A stretch of 64,000 nucleotides of DNA from Bdellovibrionales bacterium (GCA_964230555.1 CAXRIX010000169.1:862-64861), one strand, 5' to 3'; counted from the stretch's first letter, positions 28,726-38,621 are shown. Numbers and translations: made by a program. Notes: generated by a model not told the origin, from the letters alone.

Positions 28726-29095
28726 GATGTCTGCAAATTTGACTCAAAGGTAAAAGTTGCTTGCTCGCTGTATCAAAAGCGGTTCTCCGACAACCGTTTA
28801 CAGAATCTGTATTTTTCTAGAAAAAAGTCGGCATTTTTGAGTAATTTCAATATCTTAGGTGTGAGTATTTCCTGTGCAATTCGCTGAAAACCACCACTGG
28901 CGTTGGGTCTAAGGTCTAGGGTGGTGAGCATTCCACAGTTGCTGTGGATAAACATGGGAATGAATTTTGACCATCCTGTTCATTAGGCATTTATTTCGTT
29001 TTCATTTTTTTTTTAGCTTTTGAGGTGATTGATTTTAAGGCAGAGAATAAAACACCGACTTGCTCAATTTAGATTCACCTCGGTACAATAACGAC

Positions 29096-29542
29096 ATGAT
29101 CAAAAAAAAATATAAACTCAACATAAATAAGTATTGCCTTTGGATTATCGGACTCATTATATTCACTGGTTGCGCTTCGCAAACCAAAAAAGAAGATCTC
29201 ATTGGTATTCAAAAAATTCGTATAAGAAAGCTTGAACAACAGCTCGCCAAAAAGAACGAAGTTCTCGAAAAAATGAAGATGAGGAAATGGGCCTCTGGAA
29301 CACCACAACCTCCAGAGTCGGTGGCATTCAAAGCTCTTCGTCAGCAAATTAAAAAGAAGCAGTGGGTGGCAGCGTTGAAACTGAGTGCCGCTCTTAAAAA
29401 GAAACATCCCAACTCGATCCAATTGTCTCGCTACCGTATTGGAATTTTCCGTAAGATGGGACTCAAAAAACAGGCGATCGAAGAATTGAACTATCTTAAA
29501 AAACAAGTGGCTAAAAAGAAACGTAAACGACGTCAAATTTAA
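29096..29542 (+). CDS. Hypothetical lipoprotein
   Basis: Start moved to ATG 29096 (MIKKKYKLNINKYCLWIIGLIIFTGCAS, lipobox). The rest of the protein is basic and helical. Confidence 0.5.
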   Translation: MIKKKYKLNINKYCLWIIGLIIFTGCASQTKKEDLIGIQKIRIRKLEQQLAKKNEVLEKMKMRKWASGTPQPPESVAFKALRQQIKKKQWVAALKLSAALKKKHPNSIQLSRYRIGIFRKMGLKKQAIEELNYLKKQVAKKKRKRRQI

Positions 29543-31098
29543 TGAACAGATTGCTCTCGACAGTTCTTATTTTGGTTTTTGCCGATGTTGCTCTTGCGCA
29601 GCAGGCATCGACCTATGAGAAAAAAATGTACAACATCTACAAACAGTCTTACAGCGAAGAGATTAGTGATGAACGGTGGGCGGGTTATCTGACGGGTGTT
29701 GGGAATCGAACCTACAATGTTCGTCCTGGAGACACGCTATGGGATCTCAGTGTGGTGTTTTTTGGGGATGGGCTGTTTTGGTCAAAAATCTGGTCATACA
29801 ATGAAAAGTTAACCAACCCCCATCTTCTTTCCGTGGGGCAAACCATTCGGTTTTTTACCGGATCTGTCGAAGAGGCTCCTGGGATCTCTGTGGGGCCTGA
29901 GGGAGAGCCCATTGATGATGCCAGCATGCCAGGCGCGGTCACTAACAATGTTACCGAGCCCAGTGAAGATGTTGGTTTGCCACAAAATTTGCCTGAAGGT
30001 TTCAAAGAAATTGTTGCCAATTCCAATGCCCCAGAACCCGAAAAAATCACAATCGATATGGAAGGGGAAACGGTTGGATCCGTGGCGTTGGATGGCACGC
30101 CCAATCAACCCAATCAAAGCACGCAGCCGGTGGTTCCGCGGTCTCGTCTTTATCCGGGAGCACCTTCCATTCCGCCACCGAGTCGTCTAATTAAGCCGGT
30201 TTTAAAAGTCTTGCCCAACACATTCGCTGAAAGTGATTCTTACGATAAATCGCAGTATGATGAAAAAGGCATTAGTTTTGATGTTCGACCTCCGGTGCGA
30301 GTGAATCCTTTATTTGTGGCTCATTCTTTTTTATACGGTCGCGCCGCCCAGAAGTATCCCAATGTGGGGCGAATTGTAGAGTCGGAAGATAAAACCAAAT
30401 TGGTGGGGCAAAATCAAAAAGTTTATCTTGAAGCCAAGGCCGATCTCGAAATCGGTGAGCGTTTGACTGTGATGGGGCTTGATTATCCCTTTGACCGCAA
30501 TGGAGTGATCGGCGACGTGATTCAGTATCAAGGGACGGTCGAAATCACCGAAAAAATTCGCGACAGTATCTATCGTGGAACGATTATTAAAAGTCTGTCT
30601 GGAATTGAAGGCAACCCTTGGATTTCAAGAGAAGTGATTCCAACATTTACCGATGATTACGTTGGGCGTCCGAACTCAACAAAACTTCAGGTGATTGGTG
30701 GAGGGCGTGACAACGTCACCCGATTTTACGGGCAAAGTGACGTCGTCTTTATCCAAGGCGGTACCAACAGTGGGGTTCGTGTCGGCGATATCATGGGAGT
30801 TTATAAGCGGCGGGATCTTCGTTACGGTTCGACGACAGTTGACCGCGCGCCTGTGCCGATTGGCCATATTAAGGTTTTTCGAGCTGAGCCCAAGCTTTCA
30901 TCGGCCTTCGTGATCAGTTCGGATGACGCCATTGTGCCGGGTGATGAAACAGGCCCGCCGATTCTTGTTGAAGCAGTCACCACCAAGTCTGAAAAAGAAG
31001 ATCTGAATTCTATTGAAACCGGGTTGGACTTCAATTCTGACCAAACCATGGAAGTTGAGGACGACTTCTCTGACGAATTTGAATCCGAAATTGAGTGA
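29542..31098 (+). CDS. LysM domain-containing secreted protein
   Basis: Signal peptide, then a LysM domain (YNVRPGDTLWDLSVVFFGD...SVGQTIRF), a Pro-rich linker and an acidic C-terminus. The start overlaps the upstream stop (TAATG). Confidence 0.7.
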   Translation: MNRLLSTVLILVFADVALAQQASTYEKKMYNIYKQSYSEEISDERWAGYLTGVGNRTYNVRPGDTLWDLSVVFFGDGLFWSKIWSYNEKLTNPHLLSVGQTIRFFTGSVEEAPGISVGPEGEPIDDASMPGAVTNNVTEPSEDVGLPQNLPEGFKEIVANSNAPEPEKITIDMEGETVGSVALDGTPNQPNQSTQPVVPRSRLYPGAPSIPPPSRLIKPVLKVLPNTFAESDSYDKSQYDEKGISFDVRPPVRVNPLFVAHSFLYGRAAQKYPNVGRIVESEDKTKLVGQNQKVYLEAKADLEIGERLTVMGLDYPFDRNGVIGDVIQYQGTVEITEKIRDSIYRGTIIKSLSGIEGNPWISREVIPTFTDDYVGRPNSTKLQVIGGGRDNVTRFYGQSDVVFIQGGTNSGVRVGDIMGVYKRRDLRYGSTTVDRAPVPIGHIKVFRAEPKLSSAFVISSDDAIVPGDETGPPILVEAVTTKSEKEDLNSIETGLDFNSDQTMEVEDDFSDEFESEIE

Positions 31099-31260
31099 TC
31101 GCGCCCTCTAAAAGGTTGCCCCCTCTTGCTCGTTTTTTTTTTAAGCTCTGATTTTATTGTATTAAAGTCGACGATTTAAAGTTCGGAAATCGCATTTCAA
31201 TTGATATTCTGCAAATTCCTTTGCCTTCCTGGTGGTCTCTGTTTCTTGCAAAGGTTGGGT

Positions 31261-31938
31261 ATGAAAACGTTAAGACCTTCTGACAACAAATATCCCCTTT
31301 CACTGAAAACTCTCGCAAAGCCACCGAGCAATATTCACCTGCAAGGAGATTTAAACGTCCTAAACCAGCCGCTGCTTGCCGTGGTTGGCGCTCGAGATAT
31401 CAAGCCTTGGGTTCTTGAGTGGATCGAAAACGAATTGGGGCCAGCCTTAAAAAGCACCAACGTTGGCATTGTCAGTGGCGGTGCTCGTGGCGTCGATCAG
31501 GCCTCGCATCGCCTGGCCATGCGTTACGGTCTACCAACGTTGATTGTTCTTCCCAGCGGCCTTGCAAGAGTTTACCCGCAGAACATTCAAACCTGGAGCG
31601 AACGGCAAAAAGTTTTGTTTCTGACCGAGTATGAAACCTTGCAAGCTATGCGCAAACACCACTTTTATTTGCGCAATCGGTTGATTGTCGCCTTAAGCCC
31701 CCTAACACTTGTCATTCAAGCCAAAGAAAAAAGTGGCACAATGATCAGTGCTGCATTTGCTATGGAGCAAGGTAAGACAGTGGCCACTCTGCCTGGCTTT
31801 CCAACGGACCCCAGTTTTGCCGGTAACAATCAGCTTCTCTATGATGGAGCGGCTATGGTGCGTGACCGAAAAGACTTGGAGGTCCTTATCAATTCCAGTT
31901 TTTACGCAAGAGAACCAAGCCCGCAGGCAGCATTATAA
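31261..31938 (+). CDS. dprA: DNA processing protein DprA (Rossmann-fold core only)
   Basis: PPSNIHLQGDL..LLAVVGARD...IVSGGARGVDQASHR...LIVLPSGLARVYPQN...GTMISAAFAMEQGKTV. Start set at ATG 31261. Confidence 0.8.
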   Translation: MKTLRPSDNKYPLSLKTLAKPPSNIHLQGDLNVLNQPLLAVVGARDIKPWVLEWIENELGPALKSTNVGIVSGGARGVDQASHRLAMRYGLPTLIVLPSGLARVYPQNIQTWSERQKVLFLTEYETLQAMRKHHFYLRNRLIVALSPLTLVIQAKEKSGTMISAAFAMEQGKTVATLPGFPTDPSFAGNNQLLYDGAAMVRDRKDLEVLINSSFYAREPSPQAAL

Positions 31939-32986
31939 AAGCGGGGAGCCAGGCCGCAAACCATATCGGCACACCTGGGGACTTCACAAGGCTGTTGCCG
32001 ACAATAAAAAGAATCCAATAAGCCACAATGACGCCCACACTGATCACACCGCCTCCGGATTTTCCGGACCGGCTGTTGGTTCGGGCTCCCAAGCCAATAC
32101 CGATCAGAACAAAAAGAATACAGGCAAATGACAGGGCAAACCTCTTATGCCACTCGTATTGGTATTGTCGCCATTTCTTTTTATCTTTGGTTTCTTTTAG
32201 GAGTTTTTTTAAGTCATTGTAGGTCAAACTGTTGATCGATTTGTCGCGGGTCTTTTTGTTGGTGGGCTCAATAATCTGCAGATCGTAGGTATCAAAATGG
32301 ATTTTTGTGTGACCTTCGTCAGCGATTTTATGAATATCGCCATTGGTAAGGCGTACAAAAGCCTTATGGGAGTTAAAGCTTTTTTCACTTACGATTTTAC
32401 CTTTTTCGGAAATTATCGTAGTGGGGCTGTCTTCGTTTCTTTCATCATAGATAAAAACTTTTTCCAACTCATCGGTTTCTTCATTGATGCTGTTGGCGTA
32501 GACCACCAGATTAAAAAAGCCTGAAAATGTGCCTTCGCCAATTCGCGACACAATCTTCGAATTGCCGATATCAGTGATTAAGACCTCAAACTGACGGTTA
32601 CCCCAAGGTCCCACTTTAAAAGACGTGTAGCCAGAAACAATAGCCACCACAACTCCCAGAACCAAACCAGGAAACACAATCGGCCACATGCTTAACCCCA
32701 GAGATTTAAAGGCAATGATTTCAGAGTCACCCGACAGGCGATTGTAGGAAAGCACAATGGCAAAAATTAAACTCATAGGGAGAATGGCCGGAAGAAAGCT
32801 GATCGACAGGTAGGACAGCAAGTGCACAAGAGTACGAATACTGACGTCGTGTTGTAAAAGGGTGTCCGTGAGCTTTAAGACTTGGAATAAGAGGAGGATC
32901 GAAACGAAACTGATGACGCCAACAAAGAATGTTGGCACCATTTCAGACAGAAGATAATAAAAAACTAATTTAAAACGTCTAACCAC
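31889..32986 (-). CDS. LPS export ABC transporter permease, LptF/LptG family
   Basis: FKLVFYYLLSEMVPTFFVGVISFVSILLLFQVLKL N-terminus, with a 3+3 TM layout around a periplasmic insert. Lies next to kdsA. Confidence 0.8.
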   Translation of the reverse strand: MVRRFKLVFYYLLSEMVPTFFVGVISFVSILLLFQVLKLTDTLLQHDVSIRTLVHLLSYLSISFLPAILPMSLIFAIVLSYNRLSGDSEIIAFKSLGLSMWPIVFPGLVLGVVVAIVSGYTSFKVGPWGNRQFEVLITDIGNSKIVSRIGEGTFSGFFNLVVYANSINEETDELEKVFIYDERNEDSPTTIISEKGKIVSEKSFNSHKAFVRLTNGDIHKIADEGHTKIHFDTYDLQIIEPTNKKTRDKSINSLTYNDLKKLLKETKDKKKWRQYQYEWHKRFALSFACILFVLIGIGLGARTNSRSGKSGGGVISVGVIVAYWILFIVGNSLVKSPGVPIWFAAWLPAFIMLPAGLVLLRKNWN

Positions 32987-33026
32987 AATCCCTCAAATAA
33001 GAACGGAGGGGAGGGGTCCCCCCTGT

Positions 33027-33923
33027 TTATAGGGTCATTGTACCGACATTTTCTGGTTTTTGAATAGCTTTGCGCACATTTATGGCCTGTTTAACTAGAT
33101 TTTCAAAGTGGCTCAGACGCAACTGCGAGGCCGCATCACACTTCGCAGTCATCGGGTCGGGATGGGTTTCGATGAACAGTGCATCGGTTCCGGCTGCGAC
33201 AGAGGCTAATGTGAGATGCGGAACAAAGCGAGGCTCTCCGCCATCAGGGTCGGCGCTGCTGATGCCGTACAGGCGAATAATGTGAGTGGAATCAAAGCAA
33301 ACTGGAGCGCCAAGCTGCTGCATGATCGGGATAGACCGAATATCCGCAACCAAACGGTTGTAGCCGAAACAAGCGCCTCTTTCAGTTAAAAGCACATTTT
33401 TATTTCCAGTGGAATTAATTTTCCCTAGCACTCCAGCCATTCCTTCAGGGGCTAAGAACTGGCCTTTTTTAACATTGATGGCTTTTCCTGTTTTTCCGCA
33501 TTCAACGGCCATAGATGTCTGCTGACACATGTAGGCTGGAATCTGTAGAACATCGACGTGTTCGGCTGTCGGAGCCACATCCTCGGTTCGATGCACATCA
33601 GTGAGGACGGGCATCTGAAACTCTTTTCTAATGTCCGAAAGGGTTTTTAAACCATCTTCCATCAATGGCCCCTTCCAGTTGCCAACGGCTCCACGGTTGT
33701 CTTTTTCGTAAGAGCTTTTAAAGATGATTCCGATTCCTAAACGCTGACTGATTTCGGCGAGAGCTTTGGCAGTGTTAAAAGCCATTTCGCGGTTGTCGAT
33801 CACACATGGTCCAGCGATGACAGCCAGGTCCTGTCCCGATCCAATTTTAATCTCGTTGCTTCCAACTGAGACGCTAAAACTTCTTTCGGGGAGATTGATT
33901 TCCTCGACTCTTTGCTTTTCCAT
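33027..33923 (-). CDS. kdsA: 3-deoxy-8-phosphooctulonate synthase KdsA
   Basis: LAVIAGPCVIDNREMA..., KSSYEKDNR and CFDSTH motifs. Start set at ATG 33923, which is preceded by GGAGGAT. The tracked 5' extension overlaps the divergent gene. Confidence 0.9.
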   Translation of the reverse strand: MEKQRVEEINLPERSFSVSVGSNEIKIGSGQDLAVIAGPCVIDNREMAFNTAKALAEISQRLGIGIIFKSSYEKDNRGAVGNWKGPLMEDGLKTLSDIRKEFQMPVLTDVHRTEDVAPTAEHVDVLQIPAYMCQQTSMAVECGKTGKAINVKKGQFLAPEGMAGVLGKINSTGNKNVLLTERGACFGYNRLVADIRSIPIMQQLGAPVCFDSTHIIRLYGISSADPDGGEPRFVPHLTLASVAAGTDALFIETHPDPMTAKCDAASQLRLSHFENLVKQAINVRKAIQKPENVGTMTL

Positions 33924-34050
33924 GTATCCTCCAACATGTTTTATTTCCTTAGGAATTTCAGTATCATTCTTGCAATTGCGCGTCAATCTTCCCTTGCCCC
34001 GGGAGGGGGGAGTTTTTGACCCTAGAGGGAAAAAAAGAGACAATGACCCA

Positions 34051-35076
34051 ATGGCTGCAAAAATAATGCTCGTAATCGACAATAAAGATGATCAAGACTT
34101 CATGGAAAAGGTTCTGCTGCGCTTGAAATACGACGTGATTTCTATGAAAAACGGTCGTGATTTGTCCGAGCAATTGATCGACCATTTTCCCGATGTGGTG
34201 TTTGCCTCAACCTTGGGGAGAAACGCAAAAATTCTTAATGCTTTAGGTAAAATCAAAGAAGTCCGCGGTAAGCCGAAATTGGTCTTCGTAAAAATGAAAA
34301 ACGAAAAGCATACTTTGACTCCCACCCAAAAAGAAATCATCGATGGGACCATTTACACCCCGGTGGATCCATTTAAACTTATTGATCTTCTGGCGCAAAC
34401 CACAGATATTGACAAAATCGAGTTGCGACGTCGTTATAACGAGATGTTGGCAAGCGATCGGGGCGCGCGCAGCAAGACTGACACAGATGAAGAAGATGGA
34501 GCGGTTGAGCAAGATTCCGTCAAGGTTCGCTCTCGCAGTACGGGTGCTGGTCGGCCGGGTCAGAAAAACAAGAAAAGCACCGATTACGGACAGACACAAG
34601 TTATTGGCAAGCATCGTCCCTCGACGAAAACTGAGGTCCAAGATGAAAGCCCAGACTACTACGGTACTGTCAATCCAGGGGACTTCTCTGAGGAAAAAGA
34701 AACTACGGCTCGAAAAAATGATGATAAAGAACCAACCACTGATGGTTCAGTGTCAGTGCAAGGCCAGGCTTCGGTGCCCGGTCAAGGCAGCGCCAGCAAT
34801 GAGCGCGTCGAGCCTGAAGCCGCGCGGGCGACAAATCAAAACCAAGAAACCAGTACTTTGCTCCACGACCCCAAGCGCAAGCGTAAGTATGACGAAATCA
34901 CAGCCAAGTTAAAGGCCAAAGGCGATCAACCTACGCCAATGGATGTTCAGAAATTGCGTGAAAAGCAAAGGGCTCAGGCTCAAGAAGTTTCAGAAGATGA
35001 GACGATCAAAAAGAATAGAAAACATTTTCTAAAAACATTGTTTTCTATTTCTCCAGAAAGCGTGAATAAAAAATAA
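34051..35076 (+). CDS. Degenerate receiver-like domain protein with a long charged low-complexity tail
   Basis: MAAKIMLVIDNKDDQDF... has a CheY-like layout, but the phospho-acceptor position reads VVFASTL (no Asp). About 220 aa of K/E/D/Q/T-rich sequence follow. Start set at ATG 34051. Confidence 0.5.
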   Translation: MAAKIMLVIDNKDDQDFMEKVLLRLKYDVISMKNGRDLSEQLIDHFPDVVFASTLGRNAKILNALGKIKEVRGKPKLVFVKMKNEKHTLTPTQKEIIDGTIYTPVDPFKLIDLLAQTTDIDKIELRRRYNEMLASDRGARSKTDTDEEDGAVEQDSVKVRSRSTGAGRPGQKNKKSTDYGQTQVIGKHRPSTKTEVQDESPDYYGTVNPGDFSEEKETTARKNDDKEPTTDGSVSVQGQASVPGQGSASNERVEPEAARATNQNQETSTLLHDPKRKRKYDEITAKLKAKGDQPTPMDVQKLREKQRAQAQEVSEDETIKKNRKHFLKTLFSISPESVNKK

Positions 35077-35081
35077 CGGAA

Positions 35082-37016
35082 TTATTTTTTAAATAGGGAA
35101 CCGACCACATCTTTTAAATCAAGTTGCATGATATTGGTCATGCCACCTTTGCGACCACCAGACAACTGACTGAGTTCACGTCGGGCACTGATAAAACCAT
35201 TGTCGATGCTGAGTGCGGTATTAAAATACTTACGGCTTTTTTCTCTATCACCAAGCAGATTGTAGAAAAGTCCACGACAGTGGTAGTAGGCGGCCGAGTC
35301 GCGTGCTTCGATGGGAATTTGATTCAAACGTTTATCGATATCGGCCATAAAAGCTTCGCTCAGTTGCTTGACTAGCTTCATTTCGACCCAACACAGATGG
35401 GTGCGAATTTCTGGCGAGTTGGGATTCAGTTTGATGGCTTTCTGCAAGGTATGACGAGCTTGCGAAAACTGCCCTTTGTTTACCAAGTTTCTGGCCTGGT
35501 CAAACAGTTGATCTCCTTGCATGAGCATTTCAGACTGTCCAGCCTCAAGGCGGTCCAAGTAAGCCACTTTTTTATCTTCTTTTTTCAGGGTGTCGTAGGC
35601 CACCTGAATTTTCTCGAAAACTTTTTCGGAAAGCTCTTTGATTTGAGGAGGCGCTGTTTTTGATAGTTTGTCTGGGTGAAGCACTTTCGCCAAGTCAAAG
35701 TAGGCTTTCTTGATATCACCATCTTTAGCACTACGACTCACACCCAGGCGTTCGAAAAAGTTTTTATTCTCTAACTCATGTTCAAGCTTTTGTAGACGCT
35801 TGGCTTGATGAGAGAAATTCAATGTTTTATGAGAGTTGCTAATCTCTACAAATCCCATGATATTAAAAAAGTGAATCAGTCTTAAAACGCTGGCTTCAAT
35901 ACTTGAGTTGTTAGTTAGCAATTCTTCTAAACTGGTGCCGCGCGACAGTTGGCCTTCAATCGAGGGAAGGGTTCGCGAAACAAAAGGGAAAATTCGAGCT
36001 TTATTAATCTCTTCACTTTTTTCTTGATCAAATTCGATAAGATTTTGACTTAATGGGAGGTAGTGCGTTTTTAGCCAATCTTCGCGCATTGTATTTTCGA
36101 TCGTATCCAACATAAATTGATTGAAGTCGTTGTCATCAATAGTCGCAATGGTCGCGATATCCTCAGATTTTACAAAATTCAATTCCATCTGGGAGTCGGC
36201 GATGAGTCGTTTTAAGCGCCAAACCAATTGCTCTTTTAAAACGATATTGATGGCGTGGGGGCTGACATAATTGTTTTCAACCAAGTACTGTCCGATGCGT
36301 TTATTATTGGCATTGCCATCAAGAGCCTCATTAAGGTCGGCACGGTCAAGGTACCCTTGCTCGACTAAAAGAAGTCCCAACAAAGAGGCTTCATTTTTAA
36401 TATTAACCTGAACAATTTTACCTTTAGAAAGGCCGACGCCAGCAATATCGCCATTGGTACAAGCAATATTCAAATGACCGGTGGCTTTGGTATCCATTAA
36501 AATTTTAAACACCCAGGGCAAATCAAAATTATGCAAACCCTCGGAGTTGTTAATGAGCTTAATCAATTTGCGAGTTTTAATTTCGCGATCAAGATAAAGG
36601 CGTACCAGGGGGTTGAAGCCATCTTCGTCTTCATCGACGCCACTGAATAGACCTTCCAGTTCATCAACAAATTTCTTTAAATCAATAGGCTTAGTCAAAA
36701 AGGCTTTGGCCTCAGACTTTTTCACAGCCGAGTTGATAAATTGCTTATCTTTAAAGATTCCGCTGATCAGATAGATATGGGGGTCGCCCGCCATCTGCGC
36801 TTTTATTCTTTTTACCAGCTCCAAACCATTCATTTTTGGCAGCATACAGTCGACAATAAGGACATGGACATCTTGCAGTTTCGTGTAGCTGAGGGCCTCA
36901 GCTGGCGTGTGGACCATATAGCAGCGAAATCCCACTTTGGTAATAGCGCGCTTTAAGCTTTCGCTAAAACTTTTGTCATCGTCTATAATTAGAACATTGT
37001 AATCCTGATAACCCAT
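35082..37016 (-). CDS. Response-regulator receiver / DUF4388-like / DnaJ J-domain / TPR multidomain protein
   Basis: The REC domain has DDD, D56 (LIVDCMLP) and TKP. The DUF4388-like segment reads ATGHLNIACTNGDIAGVGLSKGKIVQV. The J-domain is FFERLGVSRSAKDGDIKKAYFDLAKVLHPDK (HPD at aa 447-449). TPR-like repeats form the C-terminus. Confidence 0.75.
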   Translation of the reverse strand: MGYQDYNVLIIDDDKSFSESLKRAITKVGFRCYMVHTPAEALSYTKLQDVHVLIVDCMLPKMNGLELVKRIKAQMAGDPHIYLISGIFKDKQFINSAVKKSEAKAFLTKPIDLKKFVDELEGLFSGVDEDEDGFNPLVRLYLDREIKTRKLIKLINNSEGLHNFDLPWVFKILMDTKATGHLNIACTNGDIAGVGLSKGKIVQVNIKNEASLLGLLLVEQGYLDRADLNEALDGNANNKRIGQYLVENNYVSPHAINIVLKEQLVWRLKRLIADSQMELNFVKSEDIATIATIDDNDFNQFMLDTIENTMREDWLKTHYLPLSQNLIEFDQEKSEEINKARIFPFVSRTLPSIEGQLSRGTSLEELLTNNSSIEASVLRLIHFFNIMGFVEISNSHKTLNFSHQAKRLQKLEHELENKNFFERLGVSRSAKDGDIKKAYFDLAKVLHPDKLSKTAPPQIKELSEKVFEKIQVAYDTLKKEDKKVAYLDRLEAGQSEMLMQGDQLFDQARNLVNKGQFSQARHTLQKAIKLNPNSPEIRTHLCWVEMKLVKQLSEAFMADIDKRLNQIPIEARDSAAYYHCRGLFYNLLGDREKSRKYFNTALSIDNGFISARRELSQLSGGRKGGMTNIMQLDLKDVVGSLFKK

Positions 37017-37081
37017 TACTTGACTATCGGCAAAATGACCGCAGATTTAAAGGGTAATATGAATCTTTAAAAGGAGGTTTT

Positions 37082-37402
37082 ATGGAACCTATCCATACGT
37101 CTGACTCTAATTTCGAAAATGATGTCCTAAAGTCCAGTACGCCAGTTCTGGTCGACTTTTGGGCGACTTGGTGTGGTCCCTGTAAGGCCTTGGCTCCGAA
37201 ACTTGATGAAATTGCTAAGGAATATGAAGGCAAGATCACAGTGGCGAAAGTCGATATTGACCAAAATAAGGAAACTCCCAGCAATTATGGGGTTCGTGGT
37301 GTGCCCACGCTCGCTTTATTTAAAGATGGTAAAGTGGTTGATCAAATCGTCGGCAATCACCCTAAAGACAACATTACAGCCCTTTTGGATAAACACCTAT
37401 AA
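37082..37402 (+). CDS. trxA: Thioredoxin
   Basis: VLVDFWATWCGPCK active site, 106 aa. An AAGGAGG RBS lies 5 nt upstream. Confidence 0.95.
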   Translation: MEPIHTSDSNFENDVLKSSTPVLVDFWATWCGPCKALAPKLDEIAKEYEGKITVAKVDIDQNKETPSNYGVRGVPTLALFKDGKVVDQIVGNHPKDNITALLDKHL

Positions 37403-37420
37403 TTCTTATAGAACTCAATC

Positions 37421-37446
37421 GCCCCAGATTTTCATCGATCTGGGGC
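37421..37446. terminator. Hairpin between convergent trxA and rodA (candidate bidirectional terminator)
   Basis: GCCCCAGAT-N8-ATCTGGGGC is a perfect 9-bp stem. A weaker hairpin plus a T7 run follows on the + strand. Confidence 0.4.
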
Positions 37447-37487
37447 ACCTCTGAGGATTTTCAGTTTTTTTCATTGAAATCAGTTGT

Positions 37488-38621
37488 TTAGAACATAAAT
37501 CGTCGACTACCGACAGACGCGACTATGCCCAAAGAGGTCATAAATGTGACCATGCTTGAGCCTCCGTAGGACAACAGAGGCAGTGGGACTCCCACAATAG
37601 GCAACAATCCAGCCACCATTCCGATATTAATCAGCAAATGCCAAAAGATAAAAGCGGCGACACCCACACAGATAAGAGCTCCGGCGCGATCGCCACAATC
37701 CCGGGCAATATTTAAAATAATCACAAGTAAGACTAAAAAAGTCATCAATGTGATCAAGCCTCCAATGAAACCAAACTCCTCGCTGAGAACACAGAATATG
37801 AAGTCCGAGTGACGTTCTGGCAAAAATTGAAGTTGGTTTTGTGAGCCGTCTCGGTATCCTCGTCCCAAGATTTGGCCGCTGCCAATGGCAATTTTAGCCT
37901 GAATACTGTTGTAGCCCGTGCCTCGTGGGTCACGCTCGGGGTTCAAGAAATTGCGTATCCGATTTTTTTGGTAGGGCTTTAAAGCATAGCTCCAAGCTGC
38001 GGGTAGGGAAATGGCCAAGACCGCCAAACCGGTCAGTAGCACCCGACGTCGAACTTTCAAAAAAAGGATCATCGACGACGGAATGGCCAGTAGTAAGATA
38101 GCAGTTCCCAAGTCGGGCTGCTTAGCCGTTAGCAAAAACGGGATTCCTAGAATCAGGCCTGGTTTGATAAGATCTTTGTAGTCAAAGTTTTCTAATTTAT
38201 TTCGAGCCAGGAAGCCGGCCATGAAGAGAATCAAAAAAAACTTCATCGACTCGGATGGCTGGTAATTGAATACCATAAGATCCAACCATCGGCGCGATCC
38301 GTAAATCCGTTTTCCGATGACCAGTACCAGCATCAAGGCAATTAAGTTCATCCAGTAAAAGGCCGGCGAGAACCGAATCAGATGTTTGTAGTCAATTCGT
38401 GAAACCACTAAAAAGGCCACCCAACCAATGGCAATCCAAATCAATTGCGAGCGAAAAACTCCGGTCAGGTGATCGGTGGAGTACGCTGCGCTGTAAAGGT
38501 TGATAATACCAATGATTTGTAAAACAAAAATCACCAAAGCAAAGTCCCAATTGAACTTCTTTAGAGCTGTGCGACTTTCAATTTTTAAATCAAGACTTTG
38601 GCTTAGCATTTTTCTCGTCAA
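37488..38621 (-). CDS. rodA: Peptidoglycan glycosyltransferase RodA (FtsW/RodA/SpoVE family)
   Basis: Polytopic membrane protein with QPSESMKF, DLGTA, PERHSDFIF and LPLLSYGGSS motifs. Lies downstream of mrdA. Confidence 0.9.
   Translation of the reverse strand: MTRKMLSQSLDLKIESRTALKKFNWDFALVIFVLQIIGIINLYSAAYSTDHLTGVFRSQLIWIAIGWVAFLVVSRIDYKHLIRFSPAFYWMNLIALMLVLVIGKRIYGSRRWLDLMVFNYQPSESMKFFLILFMAGFLARNKLENFDYKDLIKPGLILGIPFLLTAKQPDLGTAILLLAIPSSMILFLKVRRRVLLTGLAVLAISLPAAWSYALKPYQKNRIRNFLNPERDPRGTGYNSIQAKIAIGSGQILGRGYRDGSQNQLQFLPERHSDFIFCVLSEEFGFIGGLITLMTFLVLLVIILNIARDCGDRAGALICVGVAAFIFWHLLINIGMVAGLLPIVGVPLPLLSYGGSSMVTFMTSLGIVASVGSRRFMF

Noticed and set aside
31099-31145. T10 run after the LysM gene as a rho-independent terminator
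   Set aside because: I could not find a complementary stem immediately upstream of the T-run, so it is not reported as a terminator.
33766-34082. Long overlapping 5' extensions of kdsA (to 34082) and of the 34051 ORF (from 33766)
   Set aside because: The two extensions run antisense through each other. The kdsA homology starts at the Met at 33923, which has a GGAGGAT RBS. The receiver-like domain starts at ATG 34051.
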